DNA of 64,000 bases from an uncultured Chloroflexia bacterium (GCA_963718085.1 CAVQYA010000001.1:708811-772810); one strand, 5' to 3'. Numbered from the stretch's first letter, positions 37,161 to 47,844 are shown. Numbers and translations: made by a program. Notes: generated by a model from the sequence alone, not told the origin.

Positions 37161-39260
37161 ATGCCTTTCGCCGCGCCGCTCGCCCTCCTCGGCCTCGCCT
37201 TCGTACCGCTCGTGGTCGCCTTCTGGATGCTCAAGCTCCGGCGGACCGAGCGGACCGTCAGCTCGACGCTCCTGTGGCAGCGCTTCGGCGAGGACCTCCA
37301 GGCGAACGCGCCCTGGCAGCGCCTCCGCCGCTCGCTCCTCCTGCTCCTCCAGCTTCTCCTCGTCATCATGCTGGCGCTGCTCGCGGCGCAGCCGTTCGTC
37401 GAGCGGCCGGCAACGCTCGCCCGCGACCTGGTCGTCGTCATCGACGCGTCCGCCAGCATGGCGGCCATCGACGTGGCGCCCTCGCGCCTGGAGGCGGCGA
37501 AGCAGCTCGCGCTCGGCGCGCTCCGCGACCTCCCGTCCGGGGGGCGGGTGAGCGTGGTCGTCGCGGGCGCCGCGCCGCGGGTCGTGGTCAACGCCACGAC
37601 CGACCTGGGGCGGGTCAGGACGGCCCTTGCAGCGATCATCGCGACCCCTGCGACGGCCGACATGGGCGAGGCCCTGGCGCTCGCCTCGGCCCTCGCGGCG
37701 CGGGCGGGCGACGCCCAGGTGCTCGTCGCCACCGACGCCGCCTTCACGCCTCCCGCGGACCTCCGGGTCGCGGCGCCCGTCACCGTCCTCCGGGTTGGCC
37801 GCGAGCGGAGGAACCAGGCGATCGTCGCCTTCGCCGTGCGGAGCGCCCCGACGGCGGTCACTCGCTCGGTCTTCATCTCCGTGGCGAACCTGGACCTCGA
37901 GCCGACGACCGAGCGGGTGGAGCTGTGGGGGGACGGCCGGCTCCTGGAGGCGCGCGACCTCTTCCTCGACCCACTCAGCCGCGCCGACGTCGGGATCGAC
38001 GACGTGCCCCTCGACGTCCGCGTCCTGGAGGCCCGTCTCGCCGGCGACGACCAGCTGACCCTCGACGACAGGGCCTGGGCGATCGTCCCGCCGGACCGGC
38101 TCCTGCGCATCCTCCTCGTCAGCGAGGGCGACCCGTACCTCGAGACGGCGCTCAGCTTCCTGCCCAACGCCGAGCTCTACGGGGTCAAGCCGGCCGACTA
38201 CGGCGCGGGCACGAAGCCCGAGCTCTTCGACCTGGTCATCTTCGATGCCGCGCTCCCGGCCGCGCTCCCCCGGGTGGCGACGCTGGCGATCGCCCCGCCG
38301 CGGACGAGCCCGCTGGGCACCGTCACCGGCTCCCTGGCTGACCCGGCGCTCGGCCGGCCGGCCCCCGACGAGCCGCTCCTGCGCTACGTCGACCTGACGA
38401 CGCTCCACGTCGCCGAGGCAACCCGGCTCTCCCTCCCCGACTGGGCGCGGACCGTCGTCCCCACGGCAGCCGGCGATCCCCTCCTCTACACCGGCACCCG
38501 GGACGGCGTCGCGACGGGCGTCCTCGCCTTCGAGCCGCGACACTCCGACCTGCCGCTCCAGGTGGCGTTCCCGATCCTCGTGAGCAACCTCGTCGGCGAG
38601 CTGGTGGGCGCCTCCCGGGCCCCGACCGCGGCCGTGGCGCCGGGCAGCCTCGTGAGCCTCCCGATCCCGTCGAGGGCGACCGGGCTGCGGGTCACGCGCC
38701 CCGACGGGACGACGCTCGACCTCGCCCCGGCAGTGACCGGCGGGGCGACGGCAACCTTCGCCTCGACCGAGCAGCTCGGGGTCTACACGGTGGCTCCCCT
38801 CGGCCTCGCGGCCGCCGGCCCGGCGCCGACGGTCTCCCCGGGCGGCTCGCCCGGCGCGAGCCCCACGGCGACGCCTGCGGGTTCCGCATCAGCGTCGCCG
38901 CTGCTGGTCGATCCCACCGCCCCCGTCCAGTTCGCGGTCGACCTCTTCGACGTCGCCGAGTCGACGATCGCTCCCGGGTCCGCCGCCGCCCTCGAGCAGC
39001 TGGGCTCCGCGGCGGGCGGCGGAGCCGGGGGAGCCGGGAGCGATCGGCCGCCGGCCCGCGACGACCTGTGGGTCCCCCTGGCGGCCATCGCCCTCGCCTT
39101 CCTCGTCCTCGAGGCGCTCGTCTTCCAGCGTGACGCCTTCGTTCGGATGCGCCGTTGGCTCGCTGCCAGGCTGCGTCGCGGAGGTGCCCCGCCCCGGCCG
39201 GCCGGCTCGCCCCCGCGGCCGGCCGGCTCGACGACTCCCCGCCCCGCGAGACCCGGCTGA
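37161..39260 (+). CDS. BatA-like membrane protein: N-terminal double-TM aerotolerance-regulator domain + VWA domain, C-terminal TM
   Basis: N-terminus MPFAAPLALLGLAFVPLVVAFWMLKLRRTERT matches BatA_N. VWA MIDAS (VVIDASASM). Confidence 0.8.
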   Translation: MPFAAPLALLGLAFVPLVVAFWMLKLRRTERTVSSTLLWQRFGEDLQANAPWQRLRRSLLLLLQLLLVIMLALLAAQPFVERPATLARDLVVVIDASASMAAIDVAPSRLEAAKQLALGALRDLPSGGRVSVVVAGAAPRVVVNATTDLGRVRTALAAIIATPATADMGEALALASALAARAGDAQVLVATDAAFTPPADLRVAAPVTVLRVGRERRNQAIVAFAVRSAPTAVTRSVFISVANLDLEPTTERVELWGDGRLLEARDLFLDPLSRADVGIDDVPLDVRVLEARLAGDDQLTLDDRAWAIVPPDRLLRILLVSEGDPYLETALSFLPNAELYGVKPADYGAGTKPELFDLVIFDAALPAALPRVATLAIAPPRTSPLGTVTGSLADPALGRPAPDEPLLRYVDLTTLHVAEATRLSLPDWARTVVPTAAGDPLLYTGTRDGVATGVLAFEPRHSDLPLQVAFPILVSNLVGELVGASRAPTAAVAPGSLVSLPIPSRATGLRVTRPDGTTLDLAPAVTGGATATFASTEQLGVYTVAPLGLAAAGPAPTVSPGGSPGASPTATPAGSASASPLLVDPTAPVQFAVDLFDVAESTIAPGSAAALEQLGSAAGGGAGGAGSDRPPARDDLWVPLAAIALAFLVLEALVFQRDAFVRMRRWLAARLRRGGAPPRPAGSPPRPAGSTTPRPARPG

Positions 39261-42160
39261 TGGGCATCACGGCGACCGCGCCCCTCCTGCTCCTGCTCAT
39301 CCCGCTCGTCGTCGGGCTCGTCGTCGGGCTCCAGCTCCTGGCGAAACGCGGCCTGGGCGACGCCCGCGCCCGCCTGGCGCTCCTGGTCCGGGCCCTGCTG
39401 GTCTCCGCCCTTGCGATGGCCCTCGCCGGGGTCGCCGTCATCCTTCCCGCGAACCGCCTGGCGACCGTCTTCGTCGTCGACCTCTCCGATTCGGTGGGCA
39501 ACACAGGGCGGGCCGACGCCCTGGCCTTCGTCCGCGACGCGCTCGAGGAGCGGCCGGCCGGGGACGTGGCCGGTGTCGTCGCCTTCGGCAAGGACGCGCT
39601 CGTGGAGCGCCTGCCCGACGAGCTGACGGACCTCGGGCGGATCGCCTCGACGCCGGTCCGGGGCGCCACCGACATCGGGGCGGCCTTGCGCCTGGCCGCC
39701 GCCCTCTTCCCCGACGCGACCCGACAGCGGATCGTCCTCCTCTCGGACGGCAACGACACGACGGGGACCGGCCAGGTCGAGGCCGCCCGGGCGGGCGCCC
39801 GCGGGATCCAGGTGACGACGCGGACGATCGGTCTGGGCGCAGCGGACGAGGTCCTCGTCGACCGGATCAGCGTCCCCACGACCTCGCGCCTCGGCGAGGA
39901 GCTCGAGGTGGCGGTCGAGATCCACTCGACGGTCGCCCAGCCGGCCGCCGTTCGTCTCTACGCCGACGGCGCGCTCGTGGCCACCGAGCGAACCACGCTC
40001 GCCGCCGGCATCACGCCGGTCGTCTTCCGGGTGACCCCGAAGGAGGCCGGCTTCCACGTCTTCCGGGCGGTCGTCGAGGCTGCGAAGGACACCTTCCCCC
40101 AGAACGACCGGGCCGACGCCTCGACCCTGGTCTCGGGGCCGCCGCGCGTCCTCGTCGTCCCCGGTGACGAGGCGGTCGCGGCGGACCTGGTCGCGGCCCT
40201 CAAGACCCGCGAGGGCGACGTCGTCACCATGCTCCCCGAGCTCGTCCCGGACGACCCGGCCACTCTCTCCGGCTTCGACAGCGTCGTCCTCGTCGACGTG
40301 CCGCGAATCCGCTTCACGACGAAGCAGATGGAGGCCCTGCGCTCGGTCACCCGAGACTTCGGTAAGGGGCTGGTGATGATCGGCGGGCCGCGCAGCTACG
40401 GCGCCGGCGGCTACCGCGACACGCCGCTCGAAGCCGCCCTGCCCGTGGAGATGAGGGTCCGCGACCGGGAGAAGCAGCCGGACGTCGCCCTCGTCGTCGT
40501 GATCGACGAGTCGGGCTCGATGGCCGCCTGCCACTGCAACACCTTCGACCGCAACCAGGCCGTCCAGCTCAACGGGGTGCGCAAGGTCGACATCGGCAAG
40601 GAGGCGATCCTGCGCGCGGCGGCCGCTCTCCAGGCCACCGACGAGCTGGGCGTCGTCGCCTTCAACGAGCGGGCCAACTGGGTCGTCAAGCGGACGCCGC
40701 TGGGCGCGATCACCGACCTCCAGGGCAGCCTCGGGGCGATCAACGCCGACGGCCAGACCAACATCTACGCGGGCCTCGACGAGGGCGTCAAGGCGCTCGA
40801 GAGTGCGAAGGCGACCCGCCGTCACCTCATCCTGCTGACGGACGGCTGGTCCAGCTCCGGCCAGTACGACGCGATCCTGGCCCGCATGAAGGCGGCCGGG
40901 ATCACCCTCTCGACAGTAGGCGCCGGCGGCGGGGCCAACCCCTTCCTCGAGGAGCTCGCGGTGAAGGGCGGCGGCCGCTTCTACCCGGCCATCAACCCGG
41001 CCTCGATCCCCGACATCTTCCTCAAGGAGACCCAGCAGATCTCCGGCCAGCAGATCGTCGAGGAGCGCTTCTTCCCGAAGCTCACCGCGTCGTCGCCGAT
41101 CATCCGCGGCCTCGACGCCGGGTTTCCTTCGCTCCTCGGCTACAACGGCACGACGATCAAGGCGGCCGCCACCGTCGTGCTCGTCTCCGGCCGCTCCGAC
41201 CCCGTGCTGGCGCAGTGGCAGTACGGTCTCGGACGGGCCGTGGCCTGGACGTCCGACGCGACTGGGCGCTGGGCGACGAGCTGGGTCGGCTGGGACGGCT
41301 TTGCCCGGTTCTTCGGCCAGCTGGTCGCCTGGACCTTTCCCGGCGAGGAGTCCGGCGGCATAGAGGCGCGCTTCGTGGCGGGGCCCGGCGGCACGACCCT
41401 CCGCGTTGAGAGCGCCGGCCCCGACGGCTCGCCGCGGGACTTCTACGCGACGAGCGTCGTGATGGTGGACCCTGCCCTCGAGCAGCGCCGGGTCGACCTG
41501 GCCCAGGTCGCCCCGGGTGTCTACGAGGCCCCGATCGGGGAGCTGACACCGGGCGCCTACGCGCTGCGCGTCACCCAGACGCTGGCCGGGGCGGCGGCTG
41601 TGGGCCGGACGCTCGGCCTCGTCGCGCCCACCCCGGCGGAGTATCGGCTGCTCGGGACCAACGAGCCGCTGCTGGCCGCCATCCGCGACGCCACCGGCGG
41701 GCGCCCCGTAACGACGGCCGGGGACGTCTGGCTGCACGATCTCGGAGCATCCGCAGGCGAGACGCCCCTCTGGCCGCTGCTGCTGGTCCTGGCACTCCTC
41801 CTCTGGCCGCTCGACGTCTTCCTCCGACGTGTCCAGCTGACGCGGCGCGACTTCGCGGCGGCCGGCGCCTGGGTGCGCGCCATTCCGGCCCGCCGCGGGC
41901 GCGTCGCCGCCCGGCCGGCGCCGGTGGAAGGGATGCTGGCGGCGCGGGACCGGGCCGGCGGCCAGGCTGCACGGGCGGCGATCCGACGCGAGGGGACCGC
42001 CCCGGCGAGCGGCTGGGAGCAGGGCGGCGAGGCGGCGCCGACCGTCGCGGCAGGGGCCCCGGTGCCCGCGCGTGCGCCGGCTCAACCGGCCGCATCGGCA
42101 AACGAGCCGGCCGACACCCTCGCCAGGCTCCGGGACGCCAAGCGCCGCGCCCGCCGCTGA
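39261..42160 (+). CDS. large membrane protein with two VWA domains flanking a class I glutamine amidotransferase-like segment, C-terminal TM
   Basis: ATG overlapping the upstream stop (TGATG). MIDAS motifs VVDLSDSVGN and VVIDESGSMAA. 966 aa. Confidence 0.75.
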
Positions 42161-42315
42161 CCGGCGCCCTCGCGGGGGCCCCGAACCGGCCTGTCGGCGG
42201 CGGTTGTTCGCGACCGGTGCTAGCCTTCCGCCCGTGAGGGACAGCACCGCCGTCTCCCGGCCGACGCCGGCTGACGGCAATGACCACGCGACAGGCCAGC
42301 GCCCACGATTATCGC

Positions 42316-42351
42316 GAACGGCCACGCGAACGGCCACCGGAACGGCCACGC
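42316..42351. repeat. 12-nt tandem repeat x3 (GAACGGCCACGC) encoding ANGH/ERPR depending on frame
   Basis: Read directly from the sequence, in the 5-prime region of the regulator gene. Confidence 0.8.
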
Positions 42352-42439
42352 GCCGGACGACGCCCTCGGCCGGGCGATTCTTCTCGAGCTGCGCGAGGGC
42401 GGCGCGATCGGTCCCGACGCGCTGGCGACTCGCCTCGAG

Positions 42440-42997
42440 ATGAGCCGGACGAGCACCCTGCAGCGCCTGCGCGAGCTCGAGACGGCCGGCTTCGTCGCCC
42501 GCCAGGCGATCCGCCACGGCGTCGGGCGCCCGCGCCACCTCTACGACATCACGGCGGCGGCCCAGCGAAGCCTCCCGGCCAACTACGACGGCCTGGCCAC
42601 CACCCTCCTCGAGTCGATCGTCGAGGTCGGCGGGGACGCCCTCGTCGAGGAAGTCTTCCAGGCCCGCCGGCGGCTCCTTCGAGACCGCATCCAGGCCCGT
42701 TTCGCGGCACGCCTCGGGCCGGCGCCGACGCTGGCCGAGAAGGTCCGCGAGCTGGCCGTCGTCCAGGACGAGTCGGGGTACGTCTGTCGCGCCAACGCGA
42801 TACCGGCCGACGGCGACCCGCTCGAGATCCGCGAGCACAACTGCGCAATCCTCGGCGCCGCCTCCGGGCACCCGGCGGCCTGCCGGGCCGAGCTCCAGCT
42901 CTTCGAGGAGGTCCTCGACGCGAGTGTCGTGCGCACGTCGCACATCGCCTCGGGTGACCGCTGCTGCACGTACGTGATCGAGCCCCGCGAGAGCTGA
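42440..42997 (+). CDS. ArsR/DeoR-type HTH regulator with C-terminal Cys cluster (SufR/COG2345-like); annotated ATG lies inside the HTH, true N-terminus unresolved
   Basis: The in-frame upstream region encodes ILLELREGGAIGPDALATRLE (helix 1-2 of the wHTH) but has no start codon back to TGA at 42281. ATG at 42280 is in another frame. C-terminal C-x11-C-x25-CC. Confidence 0.6.
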   Translation: MSRTSTLQRLRELETAGFVARQAIRHGVGRPRHLYDITAAAQRSLPANYDGLATTLLESIVEVGGDALVEEVFQARRRLLRDRIQARFAARLGPAPTLAEKVRELAVVQDESGYVCRANAIPADGDPLEIREHNCAILGAASGHPAACRAELQLFEEVLDASVVRTSHIASGDRCCTYVIEPRES

Positions 42998-43077
42998 TCG
43001 GCGCGGACCGATGCGGCGTGCGCGGGCGTCGTCGCCCCCGCTCCGTCTTCGCGGACGCGCGCCGGGTGTCCGCCCGG

Positions 43078-44133
43078 TCAGGCCTCCTCGCGCTCGACCT
43101 CCTCGCGGCGGGCCGGCTCCACGCGCGGCAGGGTGACGTCGCTGACGTTCCGCACGAAGGACGCCTGCAACGCCGTGCGGGCAACCTCGAGCTGCTCGTC
43201 GAGTGTCAGGATGCCGAGCCGGCCGAGCGTCGCCAGCTCGTCGCGGATGTACGTCTTGAGCATCTCCGGGCCGTCGGTGTTGATCGTGAAGCGGATCTCG
43301 TTGCGCCGGAAGGTGTCGAGGATCCAGCGGAACTCGTCCCACCCCGAGACGACCCGCGTGTTCAGGTTCGAGGTCGGGCAGAGCTCCAGGACGATCCCCC
43401 GCTCCCGGATCAGGCCGAGGGTCCGCGGATCGTAGGCGGCCTTCACCCCGTGGCCGATGCGGTCGGGCTCCAGCTGCTCGATGACCTCGGCAATCTCCTC
43501 GACCGGGCCGGATTCGCCGGTGTGGACGGTCGTCCCGAGGTGGTGCCGGCGGACCTGCTGGTAGAGGCGCCGGTAGTCCTTCACCCTGAAGCCGTTCGAC
43601 TCCGGGCCGGCGATGTCGACGCCCACCACGCCGCGGTCGCGCCAGGCGATCGCCTTGTCCGCGATTATCTCGTTCAGGTTGTAGGGGAAGGCCCGGTCCA
43701 GGCAGAGGATCAGGCCGGGCTTCACCGGGTACTCCAGGGTCGCGCGGTCCATGCCCCGCACCGCCGCCGCGATGATGTGGTCCAGGTCCTGCTCGCCGCC
43801 GCGGTTCCTCTTCATCGGGTTGAAGCGGAGCTCCATCGTGGTGACGTTGTTCTTGCGGTAGGCGCCCCCGATGACCTCGTAGACGGCGCGCTCGACGGCC
43901 AGCGGGCTTGACTGGATCAGCTCGGTCCAGTGGAAGAGGTCGAGATAGCCCTCGAACGACCGGCCTCGCGTCGGCGAGACCGTGATGATGTCCCGGAACT
44001 CCCAGTAGTCCTTAGACGGCAGGCGGATCCCCTGCTGGTGGGCGATCCCCCACATGATCGCGGGCGTCACCGCGCCGCCGAGGTGGCAGTGCAGCTCGGC
44101 GAGGGGGACGGTGCGCGAGAGCTGGCGGACCAT
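43078..44133 (-). CDS. add: adenosine deaminase family protein
   Basis: LHCHLGG metal-binding motif and TIM-barrel ADA layout. 351 aa from internal Met MVRQL. Confidence 0.75.
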   Translation of the reverse strand: MVRQLSRTVPLAELHCHLGGAVTPAIMWGIAHQQGIRLPSKDYWEFRDIITVSPTRGRSFEGYLDLFHWTELIQSSPLAVERAVYEVIGGAYRKNNVTTMELRFNPMKRNRGGEQDLDHIIAAAVRGMDRATLEYPVKPGLILCLDRAFPYNLNEIIADKAIAWRDRGVVGVDIAGPESNGFRVKDYRRLYQQVRRHHLGTTVHTGESGPVEEIAEVIEQLEPDRIGHGVKAAYDPRTLGLIRERGIVLELCPTSNLNTRVVSGWDEFRWILDTFRRNEIRFTINTDGPEMLKTYIRDELATLGRLGILTLDEQLEVARTALQASFVRNVSDVTLPRVEPARREEVEREEA

Positions 44134-44143
44134 TGCAGAGCCC

Positions 44144-45121
44144 CTAAGCGGCCGGGCCGGGCACGATGCGCCCGTCCGACTCGACGACGGCGCGCCGGCC
44201 GACAGTCCGGGGCCCGGCCCCCGGCACCTGGTCGCGGGCGTGGTAGCTCGAGCGCACGAGCGGCCCCGACTCGACGTGGCGGAAGCCCATGGCCAGCGCC
44301 TCTCCCCGGAGGTCCGCGAACTCGTCGGGGTGGTAGTAGCGGACCAGCGGCAGGTGCTCCATGGTCGGGCGCAGGTACTGGCCAACCGTGAGGATGTCGC
44401 AGTCGACCGCGCGCAGGTCGCGGAACGCCTCGAGCAGCTCGTGGCGCTCCTCGCCCAGGCCGACCATGATCGAGCTCTTCGTGTGGACCTTGCGCCCCAG
44501 GTCGCGCGCGTGCGCCCCGGCCCGCTCCAGGACGCCCAGGCTGCGGTCGTAGCGCGAGCGCCTGCGCACGGCCTTCTGGAGGCGCTCGACCGTCTCCACG
44601 TTGTGGTTCAGGATGTCCGGCCCCGCCTCCATCACGGCCCGCAGCGGCGGATCCTCTCCGTTGAAGTCCGGGATCAGCACCTCCACGCCCATCCCGGGGC
44701 TGCGGTCGCGCACCCGGCGGATCGTCTCGGCGAAGACCGAGGCGCCGCCGTCGGGCAGGTCGTCGCGGGCGACCGACGTGACGACGACGTGCTCGAGACC
44801 CATGGCCGCGACCGCCTCGGCCACGCGCCGCGGCTCGTCCGGGTCGAACCAGGTGGGCCGCCCGGTCCTGATCGCGCAGAAGCCGCAGGACCGGGTGCAG
44901 ACGTCGCCGAGGATCATCACGGTGGCCGTCCGCTCGTCCCAGCACTCCCCGAGGTTCGGGCAGCGGGCCTCCTCGCAGACGGTGTTCAGGTCCAGGCCCC
45001 GCAGGAGCTGGCGCAGGTCGCGCACGGCCTCGCCGGCGGGCATGGTCGCCTTCAGCCAGTCCGGGTGGCGGCGCGCACGCAGAGCGCCGGCCGGGTCGGT
45101 CGCGGGGAGGTCCAGGCCCAT
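44144..45121 (-). CDS. lipA: lipoyl synthase
   Basis: Radical-SAM CxxxCxxC (CTRSCGFC) plus N-terminal auxiliary cluster cysteines (CEEARCPNLGEC). Confidence 0.9.
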   Translation of the reverse strand: MGLDLPATDPAGALRARRHPDWLKATMPAGEAVRDLRQLLRGLDLNTVCEEARCPNLGECWDERTATVMILGDVCTRSCGFCAIRTGRPTWFDPDEPRRVAEAVAAMGLEHVVVTSVARDDLPDGGASVFAETIRRVRDRSPGMGVEVLIPDFNGEDPPLRAVMEAGPDILNHNVETVERLQKAVRRRSRYDRSLGVLERAGAHARDLGRKVHTKSSIMVGLGEERHELLEAFRDLRAVDCDILTVGQYLRPTMEHLPLVRYYHPDEFADLRGEALAMGFRHVESGPLVRSSYHARDQVPGAGPRTVGRRAVVESDGRIVPGPAA

Positions 45122-45234
45122 GCCGCCAGTCTATCGGCAGTCGGCGTGGCAGCGCCGGACCGGCCGGGGGAGCACGCGGCGGGCCGCGCCCGAGCCCCGG
45201 GGGCTGCGCCCGCGCCGACGGTCCGCGCCCCCGA

Positions 45235-46644
45235 TCAGTGGACGGCCGTGTCGGGCCCGACGCCCTCCAGCCACGACTTCACGTCGCGCAGGAAGGCCCC
45301 AGCCCGGGCGCCGTCGTTGGCGCGATGGTCGATGCCGATGACCATGTTCATGATCGAGCGGATGGCGATGACATCGCCCTGCGGCGTCTCCACGACCACC
45401 GGGCGCTTGGTGATCGCCTCCATGGTCAGGATCGCGACCTCGGGCACGTTGATGATCGGCATCGTCAGGATGCTGCCGAACCAGCCCGTGTTGTCGACCG
45501 TGAAGGTGCCGCCTCCGAAATCGTCGACGCGGAGCCTCTTGGCCCGGGCGCGGGCGGCCACCTCCGCGATGGCCCGGTTGATGCCGCCGATCGACACCTG
45601 GTCGACGTCGCGGATCACGGGCACGATGAGCCCGTCGTCGACCGCCACGGCGACACCGACGTTGACGCGTCGCTTCGCCACGAGGCCCTGCTCGGTCCAC
45701 GTGGCGTTGAAGGTCGGGTTGCGCCGGAGCGCTTCGACGGACGCCTTGACGACGAAGGGCACGAAGCTGAGCGGGATCCCCTCGCGGGCCTGGTATTCGC
45801 GCTTGAGCGAGTCGCGAAGGCGGACGAGGTTCGTCACGTCCACCTCCACGTGGACATAGGCGTGGGGAACCTGGAGGGCCCGGGTCATCTGGGCCGCCAT
45901 CCCCTTGCGCATCTGGGTCACCGGCACGACGAATTCGTCCGCGCCCGGCGGGAAGACGACCTCGGCTCCGGCCGAGGCAGCCGGCACGGCCGGGCCCGGC
46001 GCCGGGAGGGCGGTGGAGGCGGTGGCGGGAGGCGCGGCGGGTGCCTGGGTGTCCGCCGCCGCGGGTGCCGCGCCGGTGCGGGTCGCCGCGACGGTCGAGA
46101 TGACGTCGTCGCGGGTGATCCGGCCGCCGCCGCCGGTGCCACGGACCTGCTCGGGGGCAAGGCCATGCTCGCGGAGGAGGCGCCGAACGGCGGGGGTCAT
46201 GCGCGAGTCCGCCTCGGCGACGAGCGGGAGCGGGACGGGCGCGGGGGCGGCGGGGGCCGGAGCCGCGGGGGCGGGGGCCGGTGCGGCGGCGGTGGGCACG
46301 GCGGTCACGGGCACGTCGGCCGCGGGTGCCGGCGCCGCGGGGACGGGCGCGGGCGAAGCGGCTGCGGCAACGGGCGCGGCCGCGGGGGCGGCGTCGACCC
46401 CGGTTCCCTCGGCGGTCTCGATCTCGGCGATCGGGGTGCCGTTGAGGACCGTCGTTCCCTCCTCGACGAGGATCGCGGTCAGCGTGCCGGCGAAGGGAGA
46501 AGGCACCTCGGCGTTCACCTTGTCGGTGACGACCTCGACGAGCGGCTCGTACTTCTCGACGCGGTCGCCGAGCTTCTTCAGCCAGCTCCCGATTGTCCCC
46601 TCGGCAACGCTCTCGCCGAGCTGCGGCATCGTGACCTTCGCCAC
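45235..46644 (-). CDS. dihydrolipoamide acyltransferase E2 (lipoyl domain, PSBD, catalytic domain)
   Basis: Lipoyl-lysine motif VTDKVNAEV, catalytic DHRxxDG (IDHRANDG). GTG start with GGAGGA 7 nt upstream. Confidence 0.85.
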   Translation of the reverse strand: MAKVTMPQLGESVAEGTIGSWLKKLGDRVEKYEPLVEVVTDKVNAEVPSPFAGTLTAILVEEGTTVLNGTPIAEIETAEGTGVDAAPAAAPVAAAASPAPVPAAPAPAADVPVTAVPTAAAPAPAPAAPAPAAPAPVPLPLVAEADSRMTPAVRRLLREHGLAPEQVRGTGGGGRITRDDVISTVAATRTGAAPAAADTQAPAAPPATASTALPAPGPAVPAASAGAEVVFPPGADEFVVPVTQMRKGMAAQMTRALQVPHAYVHVEVDVTNLVRLRDSLKREYQAREGIPLSFVPFVVKASVEALRRNPTFNATWTEQGLVAKRRVNVGVAVAVDDGLIVPVIRDVDQVSIGGINRAIAEVAARARAKRLRVDDFGGGTFTVDNTGWFGSILTMPIINVPEVAILTMEAITKRPVVVETPQGDVIAIRSIMNMVIGIDHRANDGARAGAFLRDVKSWLEGVGPDTAVH

Positions 46645-46860
46645 CGGGTTCCTCCTCGGCGGGACCGCGTCCCGCGTCGCATGGTCGCGCGCATCGGGCA
46701 CCTCGCCATTGGGCGGGGCTTCCGGGCTCCCCTAGTGTCGCCGATCCCGGGCAGGCCGGCACGCGCCCGGTCCATGGCCTGAGACGCGGCGCGCGGATGC
46801 AGCGCCCGGGTGCCCATGGGTAGCGATGTGGCGCGGCCGGCGGGACCGTCGGGCCGGACC

Positions 46861-47844
46861 TCAGTAGGCCGCCAGTTTCGTTATCGCTGCCGCGATCTTC
46901 GCCGGGGAGAGCATGAACGCCTCCTCGAGGGGCAGGGCGTTCGGCGAGGCCGGCGATTCGGGGCCCGCGAGGCGCGTGACCGGGCCGTCGAGGTAGTCGA
47001 ACGCCTCCTCGGCGACGAGCGCGGCGACCTCCGCCCCGAAGCCGCCGAAACGGTTGTCCTCGTGGACGACGAGGCACTTCCCCGTCCGGCGGACCGAGGC
47101 CAGGATCGTCTCCGCGTCGAGCGGGCGGATCGTGCGGAGGTCGATGACCTCGGCCTCGATTCCCTCCTCGGCGGCGCGGGCGGCGGCCTCGAGAGCGTAG
47201 TGGAGCATCAGGCCATAGGCCACGACCGTGAGGTGATTGCCGGTCCGCGGGATGGCGGCTCGTCCGAACGGGACCGTGTAATCGCCGTCGGGGACCTCGC
47301 CGCGGACGCTGCGATACATCTTCTTGTGCTCCAGGAAGATGACCGGGTCGGGGTCGCGGATCGCGGTTCTCAGCAGCCCCTTGGCGTCGTAGGGGTTGGA
47401 GGGGATCACCACCTTGAGGCCCGGGACGTGGGCGAAGAACGCCTCCACGGACTGGCTGTGGTAAAGGGCGCCGTGCACCCCGCCGCCGTACGGCGCGCGG
47501 ATCGTGATCGGGCAGCCGAAGGTTCCGTTGCTCCGGTAGCGGATGCGCGCGGCTTCCTGGATGACCTGGTTCATTGCCGGGAAGATGAAGTCGGCGAACT
47601 GGATCTCGGCGACCGGCACGAGGCCGTTCGCCGCCGCCCCGATGGAGACGCCGACGATCATCGACTCGGTGAGCGGCGTGTCGAGAACCCGCCCGTCGCC
47701 GAACTCGGCCCAGAGCCCATCGGTGGCGAGGAAGACGCCTCCCTTCCGTCCCACGTCCTCGCCCAGGACGATCACCCGCTGGTCGCGGCGCATCTCGTCG
47801 CGGAGGCCCTCGCGGATCGCCTCGATGAACGTCCGAACCGCCAT
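46861..47844 (-). CDS. 2-oxo acid dehydrogenase E1 component beta subunit
   Basis: 327 aa, transketolase-like pyrimidine-binding and C-terminal domains. Confidence 0.85.
   Translation of the reverse strand: MAVRTFIEAIREGLRDEMRRDQRVIVLGEDVGRKGGVFLATDGLWAEFGDGRVLDTPLTESMIVGVSIGAAANGLVPVAEIQFADFIFPAMNQVIQEAARIRYRSNGTFGCPITIRAPYGGGVHGALYHSQSVEAFFAHVPGLKVVIPSNPYDAKGLLRTAIRDPDPVIFLEHKKMYRSVRGEVPDGDYTVPFGRAAIPRTGNHLTVVAYGLMLHYALEAAARAAEEGIEAEVIDLRTIRPLDAETILASVRRTGKCLVVHEDNRFGGFGAEVAALVAEEAFDYLDGPVTRLAGPESPASPNALPLEEAFMLSPAKIAAAITKLAAY

Noticed and set aside
38783-43342. 1519-aa minus-strand ORF antisense to the VWA genes
   Set aside because: Antisense to strongly supported VWA/MoxR-cluster genes. 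Arg/Gly/Asp-rich low-complexity composition.
45905-46735. Ala-rich 276-aa plus-strand ORF
   Set aside because: Antisense to the E2 lipoyl/PSBD linker region. Low-complexity Ala/Gly.
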